Shown: one piece after another, positions 36,640 to 45,615 of the stretch | Position numbering within the stretch: position 1 is the first letter of the stretch | How the letters are laid out: each line of letters begins with the position of its first letter | Source of the DNA: Octopus bimaculoides | Taxonomy: Eukaryota | Direction: 5' to 3' | NCBI RefSeq assembly: GCF_001194135.2 | Contig: NC_068995.1 | Span: forward strand, 43,682,327-43,727,941 | DNA length: 45,615 nt | Notes under the pieces: generated by a model | Told to the model about the DNA's origin: nothing | The model's input: only the letters and a program-made list of their open reading frames with translations | The model's database searches: none | Made by a program: the position numbers and the translations under genes

Positions 36640-37045
36640 TAGAGCCCTTAAACACTGCATGCAATCTTATGCGTACCTTTCCTACGTCGGACACTAAACT
36701 CCACTTGCGAAGACTTGTTGTTGAGGCAAGCGAAATCGAAACCGAACTAAATTCGATGACTGGCACCCGTGCCAACGTCGTCTCCCTCATTGGACACGAA
36801 ACTCAGCTTGCGAAGACTTATTGTTGAGGCAAGCGAAATCGAAACAGAACTAAATTCGATGACTGGCACCTGTGCCAACGTCGTCTCCCTCATTGGACAC
36901 GAAACTCAGCTTGCGAAGACTTATTGGGGAAAGCGAAAGCGAAATCGGAGCCTGGTGTTGCCATCTGGTTTCACCAGTGCTCAGTCAAATCGTCCAACCC
37001 ATGCTAGCGGATGTTAAACGATGATTATGATGATGATGATGATGA
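36640..37045 (+). mobile_element. Family D element with 103-bp internal tandem duplication
   Basis: The unit cttgcgaagac...gaaactcag starts at 36704, 36807 and 36910. The element ends gttaaacgatgattatgatgatg. Confidence 0.75.
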
Positions 37046-37152
37046 TTTACATTATACATATTTACATTTGTGTATATATATATATATGTGTGTGTGTGTG
37101 TATTGATGCTTTTACCACATTGTACCTTCAGCATCAAGATTTCCAATTTTGT

Positions 37153-39129
37153 TCAACTGATCCGGGCCTCTTTGAATTTCTGACTAAGAATGTTCATAAC
37201 ATCCTTATGGGAACATGAGCTTGATTTCTTCACCGTTCCATAGTGTTCTTTGACAAACAGGGCAAACTTGTTAGGGGTGCGTGCTGGCGTCATCTCTGAG
37301 CCACCTTTGTTGGAACCACGGGTGGAATCCGCAGCGGTCACCAACTCAAAACGGCCGTGGCAGTATCCGCAGACCTTCTTTGTCGTATCCAGAGACTTGG
37401 AGTGTCGGCCAAAGCTGTAACCACATTGGACGCACTTGTACGTGTACTTCTTTGCAATGTTATAGCTGTGGCAACGTTCGATAATGGCCAGTGCCGAAGG
37501 ATAGCGTCGGTTCGCTCGCCTCGCCCAAGACTTCCAAAGCACACCATGTCCTCCTTGACTTCCGTTGAATAACCAGACTGCAGCATGGCACAGTTCATGG
37601 ATAAGTGTATCACGAACTCGTTCAGCCGTGTCGCACACCTTGGTCGCCAGGTTAACCTCAACTGTTCTCACCTGGGTTTTACGTAGAGTGTTAGTTTTCT
37701 TCTTAAGTTTGCAGTGACCAGCCGTGGTCAGTAAACGCTTGTTCCAGACAATCGGTAAATCTGCTGGGAACTGGTTATCAAAGATGGTTTCGTTGTAAAT
37801 TACGAAAAGCTTTTTAACAAGCTGCACTCGAAATTTCTTGAAGTATTTTACAAATTTCCTTGCTTCTTCATCAACATACGATAAGTTTTCGGCATTTTCT
37901 GACAAGGATTTCAAGAAACAAGCGTAACCATCAGCCTCACGCTGTTTGTTTGTCTTATGTGGAGGCCTTGGCTGGAGTAAGTACCTCTGCGTTGGACAGG
38001 TTTGAGGAACTTTGCCGCCACATGGAACATTTGGTAATACATTGTTCACGGGTGTGGATCTTTTATCCGAAACTGGAGTCTTTAATCGTGTCACAGTGGA
38101 TTTAGATCCAGTTGAAGAATTAGTATTGGTGCCGGGAAATACAGATGGTTTTCTAAACACACCATCATCACCACCACCGCCACTTAGGCCGTTCTTGCCT
38201 ATTTTGGTTTCCAGTTTCGGAAGTTGACGGTCGGGAGGAGATGGAGTAAAATACTGAAAAATATCATCCCAATCATCCATGGTAGGAATCTCTGACATCT
38301 TTGCAGTTTCAGCAACCGTGGGAGGTGTTTGAATTGTTGTTGTTGTCAAAGGAGTTTTTTCAATGATGCAGCTATTGTTCGAGGTATCGGAAGCTGAATC
38401 GCTGTCGTTGAAAGAACTTTCGCTGGTCGAGTCGTCAAATACAAACGAGATCTTCTTGCAAATACCAGTCATCGAAGGGAAGTCATCGGAACCAAACAAA
38501 TTCAATGGGCTATTTAGGCTGTTGCTATTTGAGTCATCACTGTGCCGACAGGATGGTGAATCGGGTTTAGGTGGCTGGGAAAATACAGAAGTGACCAAAC
38601 TTCTCTTGTCCCTTCCTATTTTGTCATCATCATCATCAATATCATTATAACCAGTACTACTCATAACCAAGTCCGGGCTGTCGAGGAACTCCAGTGTTGA
38701 CGTTGCCAAGAACAGGTCCTTTTCTGGCTGCGATTCTAAACCAACATGAATTTTCCCAAGACTTTTTGCACCAGTTTTGTCCAACAAATCTGCTTTCATG
38801 TTTTCCTTGTGGTTACTTCCAACTTTAATGGCACCGTTATTGCAATCTCCATTGGATCTAACATCAGACTTCCCAGAAACGCCCTGCTTCTTCGTAGAAG
38901 GCTTAGACTTCTTCACCTTTGACGTGGTGGCGGCAGTGTTGGCAGTGATACTGTTCTTAGAAGAGGCGCTGATGTCTTTCGCTGTGGAGCCTTTCTTTGC
39001 ACTCTCCTTGTGCTTTTGTCTCTTTGTCAAAGAACGAATAGCAGAGTCTACATCACCTAACTGAAGCCAACCCAACTTCTCACTCATCTGCAAAAACATC
39101 TCATCAATATCAACATCATTCAAAGACAT
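37153..39129 (-). CDS. GCNA: GCNA/ACRC germ cell nuclear acidic protein (SprT-like metalloprotease), single coding exon, 658 aa
   Basis: Long low-complexity, partly acidic N-terminal region. SprT domain 'RVRDTLIHELCHAAVWLFNG..GHG..WK.WA' (HExxH), then a C4 zinc motif (CVQC..CGYC) and a C-terminal HMG-like box (NKFALFVKEHY...MNILSQKF). The true ATG is 39129: the ORF track starts at GTG 39135 and an in-frame TAA lies just upstream. Confidence 0.92.
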   Translation of the reverse strand: MSLNDVDIDEMFLQMSEKLGWLQLGDVDSAIRSLTKRQKHKESAKKGSTAKDISASSKNSITANTAATTSKVKKSKPSTKKQGVSGKSDVRSNGDCNNGAIKVGSNHKENMKADLLDKTGAKSLGKIHVGLESQPEKDLFLATSTLEFLDSPDLVMSSTGYNDIDDDDDKIGRDKRSLVTSVFSQPPKPDSPSCRHSDDSNSNSLNSPLNLFGSDDFPSMTGICKKISFVFDDSTSESSFNDSDSASDTSNNSCIIEKTPLTTTTIQTPPTVAETAKMSEIPTMDDWDDIFQYFTPSPPDRQLPKLETKIGKNGLSGGGGDDGVFRKPSVFPGTNTNSSTGSKSTVTRLKTPVSDKRSTPVNNVLPNVPCGGKVPQTCPTQRYLLQPRPPHKTNKQREADGYACFLKSLSENAENLSYVDEEARKFVKYFKKFRVQLVKKLFVIYNETIFDNQFPADLPIVWNKRLLTTAGHCKLKKKTNTLRKTQVRTVEVNLATKVCDTAERVRDTLIHELCHAAVWLFNGSQGGHGVLWKSWARRANRRYPSALAIIERCHSYNIAKKYTYKCVQCGYSFGRHSKSLDTTKKVCGYCHGRFELVTAADSTRGSNKGGSEMTPARTPNKFALFVKEHYGTVKKSSSCSHKDVMNILSQKFKEARIS

Positions 39130-39918
39130 GGTCACAGTTTATTTTATATATATTTTCTTAAAACCAGCTTCTGTTGTTCTTGTTATAAATTATAGGTACG
39201 CTGCTCCGTTAGTATTTGAGCCGTTACAAAGTGTGGCGAATGCGGCTATTACATACAGTGAAGACAAAGGTGATGGTGGCGGTGGCGGTGATGACGATGC
39301 TGTTTCAGTTATAGGTCATCGTCGCTGTATCACTTATGTCGATATCGTATTTTTTTTTTTTTTTTACTCCTGTACTTCAGTTACAACTTATCCATGTCAC
39401 CGTTAACGGTGATGTCGATAATGTGGTTTTTTTCCGCTGTTGATAAGAGTCTATCAATTTATAAATTGGTTTGGTGAAGAACGATGGCCAATAACAGCAG
39501 AGAATTTCAAATCGTTCGTTTTTTGAGGCGTTATTTCTGTTTAAGACTTTATGCAACTAGTTCCCAGTTTGATGTTCCGGTTGCATGGATAACAGAAAAA
39601 GAAATAAAACGTGCTATAATTCCCGATTCCTTAACAGTACTCAGTACCGTTAGCAGACGAATATTGTATTGTTCGTTGTTGTACTGAGAAAAGAAAGCAA
39701 GGTGTGTGTGTGTGTGTGTATAACACGTTCAACGGGATACGTAAGTTGTATATGAAAGAATATAGAGACGTTTATGAAGTACAAATGAAATTAATGATAT
39801 ATATGAAATTCGAAAGGAACAAAAAAGTAATCGGTTACACATAAATGTCACGAGGAAAATACGTAAATGAAAGTAAGAATGTTAAATATTATACATAAAT
39901 GCGAAATAAATGTTCGTG

Positions 39919-39958
<40 letters not shown>

Positions 39959-40409
39959 CACACATGTAATTATGTGTGTGTAAATGTAATTAAGATTTCA
40001 GAAATATTAAATCTCGATAAAAAGTAAAAAATATTTTCATAAGATCACCAGGTATATATAGTTGAAAATAAAAAGATTATAAAGAAAAAATTATATAAAT
40101 ATATTTACAGAAGGAAAATATTAAAAAACTTTACAAAACACCAACACCAAAGAAACCAGAACTTTGCCTTTTTCAAATTTCGAAGCAATTAAGAAAATAA
40201 CGCGAAGCTGGTGAGTGTTTATTGGTGTCAGTTTCGAACCCAGTACAACGGCTTTACGTACAAATATATTGTGCTCGCGCGCGCGTCTGTGTGGGTAAAA
40301 TAGGCGCAGTCATAAATGTGTGGTAACCACATGGTTCTGAGTTCAAGTCCCACTGCGTTGAAACTTGGCCAAATCTGGTCTATATCTCTCTTTACTCTCT
40401 CTCTCTCTC

Positions 40410-40762
40410 TCTCTCTCTTTTACTTGTTTCAGTCATTTGATTGTGGCCATGCTGGAGCACCGCCTTTTAGTCTAGCAAATCAACCCCAGGACTTATTCTT
40501 TGTAAGCCTAGTACTTATTCTATCGGTCTCTCTTTTTGCCGAACCGCTAAGTTACGGGGACGTAAACACACCAGCATCGGTTGTAAAGCGATGTTGGGGG
40601 GTGGGGGGGACAAACATATACACACACACACATATATATATATATATACATACATACGACGGCTTCAATAAACACTCACAACGCCCGGTCTAGGAATCGA
40701 AACCGCGCCCCTATGACCGCGAGTCCGCTGCTCTAACCCCTGGGCAATTGCGCCTCCACATC
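40410..40762 (-). mobile_element. SINE C tail (40410-40670) joined to tRNA-Arg(TCG)-like family E head (40681-40762)
   Basis: The head's reverse complement is gcgcaattgcccaggggttagagcagcggactcgcggtcataggggcgcggtttcgattcc. It has a degenerate cloverleaf and is a SINE head, not a tRNA gene. Confidence 0.7.
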
Positions 40763-41777
40763 CATACATACATATTTTACATAATTACCTCCCTTACATC
40801 CAGACACTCTTCAATGTAACTATAAACAGTCAACAAGTACTTGTCACAGTGTGATCACTATGGACTCCTTCACTCCCTCTCTTTCTCTGCATATACACTT
40901 AAATAGTATATATACATCAAGCGGGATGACGATCTTATAAATGGTAAATTGTCAGTATGTTTATTATATCTACTTATTATATGCATATTTGCCTTTGCAA
41001 TTAATGATATTTTGTTTGTGAATGCGGATTCTCGTTGCTGGCGATTATTAGTTTACCTTAGTTACAATGGCGGTTGCCGTGTGAAGAAGAAGTTTACGGT
41101 GTATATATGTGTGTGTATGATATATATAGAAGGGTGATCACATGTCCGTATTTTCCAGGACATGTCCTGGATTCAGGTGTCAAGATTTGTTTCCGGAAAG
41201 AATTTTTAGAATTCTTCTAAAGTCTGAAATTTCAGCTTTCATCACGTAAAACCTATATGCGTATACGTAGAGAGAGAGAGAGATCCAGTGATGTTTAATA
41301 TAGAAAACATTGTAGCGATCAAAGGATTTGTAGTTAAACTCCGAAATGTTTACCAGGGATTAAGTCCGCGGGGGTCAAGAGTGGCTGTAAGAGGAATCCA
41401 GGTGAGCAGGTATGGAGATAACGATGCAAATAAACAAACAAACAAGCTTGGATTTGATATATATATACAATATATGTACATGTATACATGTAAACAGAGA
41501 GAAAGAGGAGAGTGAAAATGCTCAGATGATGAATATTTAAGTATTAATAATATATAGATATTTATATATTAACAGAACAAACTTACTCCGATTCCTCAGA
41601 AATAGCCATCGGACCCGTAACTCCAGACTCTCTCCCTTTTAATTTTCTGTGTCTTTGTACTTTGTGAAAGTTTGATCTGTTAATATATAGATATCTATAT
41701 ATATTTATATCGGAATATTCATCGTGTGAAAACTTTCACGCCTTACTTTCTATCAAGAAACATTGAGAAATGTATAT

Positions 41778-42247
41778 ATCATCATCATCATCATCATCAT
41801 CGTTTAACGTCCGCTTTCCATGCTAGCATGGGTTGGACGATTTGACTGAGGACTGGTGCAACCGGATGGCTACACCAGGCTCCAATCTAATTTGGCAGAG
41901 TTTCTACAGCTGGATGCCCTTCCTAACGCCAACCACTCAGAGAGTGTAGTGGGTGCTTTTACGTGTCACCCGCACGAAAACGGCCACGCTCGAAATGGTG
42001 TCTTTTATGTGCCACCCGCACAAGAGCCAGTCCAGGGGCACTGGTAACGATCTCTCTCGATAGTCCTTACACATGCCACGGGCACAAGTGCCAGAAAGGC
42101 GTCGCTGGGCACAGGTGCCATCCCATTTCGCTTTCGCTTGCCCCAATAAGTCTTCGCAAGCTGAGTTTCGTGTCCAATGAAGGAGACGACGTTGGCATGG
42201 GTGCCAGTCGTCGAATTTAGTTCGGTTTCGATTTCACTTGCCTCAAA
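41778..42247 (-). mobile_element. Family D element, long copy
   Basis: Near-identical to 34018-34310 and 45366-45615. It includes one copy of the 103-bp unit at ~42140-42245. Confidence 0.85.
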
Positions 42248-42359
42248 AAGTGAAATATATATATATATATATATTCTTATCAGTGCAATATAATTATGTA
42301 ATTCTATATTACAGGGTCTGTCTTGTTGAGCTTCGACACCAGCCATTATTGAGGAAAAT

Positions 42360-42414
42360 ATGACAGAGACCAGTGACACGACAGTGTCCAAGGAGCATTT
42401 TCTTGATGTCAAAA
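42360..42414 (+). CDS. RPGRIP1L: RPGRIP1L first coding exon (MTETSDTTVSKEHFLDVK)
   Basis: Acceptor ttacag| at 42314, in-frame TGA upstream of the ATG, and an A|gtgagt donor in phase with the next exon. Confidence 0.65.
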
Positions 42415-43003
42415 GTGAGTTCACAAAATAGTCACATTCTATATATATCATCATCATCATCATCGTTTAACGTCCACCTTCCAAGGACGACACTTTCAAC
42501 ACCTCTTATAAAGTTCTTTTAAAGTCTTGTAAAGTCTAATATATTCTTTGGTAGTCTTATACCATCTGACAAAATATTTATTTTGCAATAAAATACTTAC
42601 TGCGGAAAGACTTTTTCAACACCCTGTGTATCCATCTCTCTATCTATCTCTCTATACATACATACATATATATATATATATATCAACCCATGCTAGCATG
42701 GAAAGCGGATGTTAAACGATGATGATATATAGATACTTTTTGTATCTGGTTTGCAAGCTTCTTTATGTGAATTTGTGTGTTGAAGCAAATTTTGTTGTGT
42801 CTGGGGAGGGTCGTATTGCCTTAATGCCTTATTATCTGACACACTCACTGGTTTGATTTCCACTCATTTATCTATGTATATATTTTATTTTCTTCCAAAA
42901 TTTTCATTGCTTTTGCAACCTTGTCAATGGATGTTGACATATATATATGTGTGTGTGTGTGTGTATATATATATGAATGATTTTTTTTTTAATCTCTCAA
43001 CAG

Positions 43004-43145
43004 TAGCAGATCCGAAAGCAGACCAACACAAAAAGGGGATATCATCATGGAATCGAGGCGACCTGGAAGATCGTTACCTCAGGCTCTACGAGGACCACAT
43101 CTACCTCAAGAAACATTGTCACAAGCAGGAAGATCGGCTAAAAAG
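43004..43145 (+). CDS. RPGRIP1L: RPGRIP1L exon (ADPKADQHKKGISSWNRGDLEDRYLRLYEDHIYLKKHCHKQEDRLKR)
   Basis: ctcaacag| acceptor and AG|gtac donor. It resembles vertebrate '[32 protein letters not shown]'. Confidence 0.9.
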
Positions 43146-43453
43146 GTACACCTCCTCCTCCTCCTCCTTCTTCTTCTTCTTCTTCTCCTCCTTGGGCAAG
43201 TGTCTTCTGCTATAGCCNNNNNNNNNNNNNNNNNNNNNNNNNNNNNNNNNNNNNNNNNNNNNNNNNNNNNNNNNNNNNNNNNNNNNNNNNNNNNNNNNNN
43301 NNNNNNNNNNNNNNNNNNNNNNNNNNNNNNNNNNNNNNNNNNNNNNNNNNNNNNNNNNNNNNNNNNNAAGATGAGGACAAATATCTGTCAAATGTAAATA
43401 ATGTAAATTCATAAATGTATATATATATATATATATTTTTATTTCTTTTACAG

Positions 43454-43515
43454 ACTTGGGACAAAGGTCATGCAACTGGTTATGGACAGGAAAAAATCAG
43501 CTGTCGAAGGAAAAG
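43454..43515 (+). CDS. RPGRIP1L: RPGRIP1L exon (LGTKVMQLVMDRKKSAVEGK)
   Basis: ttttacag| acceptor and G|gtaag donor. Cf. 'MATKLIRLVNDKKR'. Confidence 0.88.
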
Positions 43516-43759
43516 GTAAGAGAAAGAGAGAGGGAGAGGAATGTCCTTTTTCTTTATCTTCTTTCTTTCCCTTGTTTTATCTTCCTTGCTTCCTTTTCTC
43601 TCCCTCTCTTTCTGTCTGTCGGTCTGTGTGTCCGTTTGTCTGTCCATTGGTCATTCAGTCTGTCTGTTTTTTACTCTCTGTCGGTCCGTCTGTTCGTCTG
43701 TCTGCCTGTCTCTATTAATTCCTCCTCCTCTTCCTTCTCCTCTTCTTCCGTATGTCCAG

Positions 43760-43863
43760 GCAAGGCATCGGTGAGTGGCGGCAGTGTCAGTCAGGAGACG
43801 GTCAACGACATGGAGACCAAGATGTACGCCTACGAGAAACAAAACAAACAACTCAAAGAGAAG
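43760..43863 (+). CDS. RPGRIP1L: RPGRIP1L exon (GKASVSGGSVSQETVNDMETKMYAYEKQNKQLKEK)
   Basis: tgtccag| acceptor and |gtgagt donor, phase-consistent coiled coil. Cf. 'ELEKQNETLKNR'. Confidence 0.88.
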
Positions 43864-44331
43864 GTGAGTATATATATACACATACACACATGCAACCATC
43901 TATATATATATATATATATACACACGCACATACATACACACATATGTGGAAGACAACTGGAGGTTTCTATGGGATAACCTGCTGAGGGCCACTGACCAGA
44001 TCTGTGGATGGTACCAAGTCCTCTCTCGACCCAAAATAACGTGGTAGTGGAACAATGTTGTTGACAGGGCCATTAGGGAAAAGAAACAGGCTTGGAAGGA
44101 CTGGAAGAACGGTGGTAGCAGGGAATTGTATCAGACTGCCAGAAGGGAAGCAATACACCCTATCGTTACCATATCATCTTGTCTATATGCCTTTGCTACC
44201 CCACGCGTACTCTGAAAATACGCTGTCTCTTCTGACCTTGTTTATGATTATATATTGTGGCTATAAATATTGTAACTTTACTTATGACTTTACATATATC
44301 TTACATCTTTCTTGTTATTTATTTACCCCAG

Positions 44332-44412
44332 TTGCGAATCACAAAGCAGCACTTGCTGCTCGCCAGCAAGCAAGCAACAGCCTACAACCATGTGCAACCA
44401 CGCATTAACACC
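44332..44412 (+). CDS. RPGRIP1L: RPGRIP1L exon (LRITKQHLLLASKQATAYNHVQPRINT)
   Basis: accccag| acceptor and |gtaag donor, 81 nt. Cf. '[27 protein letters not shown]'. Confidence 0.9.
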
Positions 44413-44499
44413 GTAAGTTGCACACGACTCCTTCTTCTTGCACTTCCTACTTCTAATAGCTCCTCCTCCTCTTCATCTCTTTCCATTGTTTACAAGTCT

Positions 44500-44712
44500 T
44501 TGGCGGTGAGCTGGCAGAATCGTTAGCACGCCGGGCGAAATGCTTAGCGGTATTTCGTTTGCTGTTATGTTCAGAGTTCAAATTCCGCCGAGGTCAACTT
44601 TGCCTTTCATCCTTTCGGGGGGGTCAATTAAATAAGTACCAGTTACGCACTGGTATCCATTTGTCTGTCCTTGTTTGTCCCCTCTGTGTTTAGCCCCTTG
44701 TGGGCAATAAAT
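44500..44712 (+). mobile_element. SINE family A copy in RPGRIP1L intron
   Basis: ggcggtgagctggcagaatcgttagcacgccgggcgaaatgcttagc...gagttcaaattccgccgaggtc. Confidence 0.85.
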
Positions 44713-44816
44713 AAATTATTACAAGTCTTTGAAAATAAACTTTACATATTCTATAAATTTATATTTNNNNNNNNNNTATATATATATATATATATTTTTT
44801 TTCTGTTTTATTTTAG

Positions 44817-44887
44817 GGTCTCCCCAAACCGCCTCCAGAGCAGCGTATTTTGAAGAATCGTCGAGTGATTGGTCCTCAGCTCTCAAA
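44817..44887 (+). CDS. RPGRIP1L: RPGRIP1L probable exon (GLPKPPPEQRILKNRRVIGPQLS)
   Basis: attttag| acceptor in phase 0. The donor is uncertain: AA|gtacag at 44887 keeps frame with the next exon, while A|gtaaat at 44892 does not. Confidence 0.65.
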
Positions 44888-45023
44888 GTACAGTAAATCA
44901 TTTAGTTCGTGAATTAATTAACGTATTGATTTCTGAGTTCTATTATTGGTGATTTGTCGATGAAATCAACTTGTCTCCTCCCCCCGAAAAATTGCCTACA
45001 TTGTGCCAAAATTTGAAACTATT

Positions 45024-45070
<47 letters not shown>

Positions 45071-45099
45071 TATTATTATTATTATTATTACTCTTGCAG

Positions 45100-45171
45100 A
45101 ACCAAGATGAAGATATCATCACCTGAAGATAGTCCATCTGAAGTGGACTTGCAGGCATTGGGTAAACTTCA
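45100..45171 (+). CDS. RPGRIP1L: RPGRIP1L possible exon (TKMKISSPEDSPSEVDLQALGKL)
   Basis: ctcttgcag| acceptor, open frame and a strong |gtgagt donor. No homology was recalled. Confidence 0.5.
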
Positions 45172-45365
45172 GTGAGTAGAACATACTTCGGAAACACTCA
45201 TTATGTTTGTGTGTATGTGTGAGTGTTTATATGTGTATGTGTGTGTAAAAGTACTGGGGATGGGGTTAAATTTCTTCACACACCCCTTGAAATTGCTGGC
45301 CTTGTGCCTTAATAGGAACTTATGGTAGATACATACAGACATACATACCTATATATATATATATA

Positions 45366-45615
45366 TATCATCATCATCATCGTTTAACGTCCGCTTTCCA
45401 TGCTAGCATGGGTTGGACGATTTGACTGAGGACTGGTGAAACCGGATGGTAACACCAGGCTCCAGTCTGATTTGGCAGAGTTTCTACAGCTGGATGCCCT
45501 TCCTAACGCCAACCACTCAGAGAGTGTAGTGGGTGCTTTTACGTGTCACCCGCACGAAAACGGCCACGCTCGAAATGGTGTCTTTTATGTGCCACCCGCA
45601 CAAGCCAGTCCAGGG
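45366..45615 (-). mobile_element. Family D element (continues beyond window)
   Basis: Near-identical to 41778-42040. Confidence 0.85.

Noticed and set aside
36704-36928. Possible CRISPR-like or satellite array
   Set aside because: A eukaryotic tandem duplication without unique spacers, internal to a retroelement.
39397-39412. Perfect 16-bp palindrome TCACCGTTAACGGTGA upstream of GCNA
   Set aside because: About one such palindrome is expected by chance in a window this size.
40681-40762. tRNA-Arg-like sequence
   Set aside because: Cloverleaf pairing is degenerate and it continues into SINE body sequence. It is a SINE head, not a tRNA gene.
41130-41175. agggtgatcacatgtcc...ggacatgtcc, hAT-like terminal sequence
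   Set aside because: Only one end was found, with no partner TIR or target-site duplication.

Overview
AT-rich, gap-ridden eukaryotic draft scaffold saturated with microsatellites and tRNA-derived SINEs. The repeat landscape suggests Octopus or another coleoid cephalopod (inference). Four protein-coding loci are recognisable by spliced translation. FBXW8 (minus) shows only its 5' exons, at 28099-24704. Mitochondrial malonyl-CoA:ACP transacylase MCAT (plus) has 4 complete exons at 30688-35116, giving 516 aa with a long N-terminal extension. GCNA/ACRC, an SprT metalloprotease (minus), has an intronless CDS at 37153-39129. RPGRIP1L (plus) shows its 5' exons from 42360. An intact tRNA-Leu(AAG) lies between FBXW8 and MCAT. 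No host gene could be identified in the first ~24 kb. That region holds a decayed Penelope-like retroelement (GIY-YIG) and two distinct repeated families of non-canonical minimal hammerhead-ribozyme-like motifs, one with a compensatory G3:C8 core. These motifs are the most interesting signal. Gene names come from recalled similarity to vertebrate orthologues, not from a database search. Repeat boundaries are approximate.
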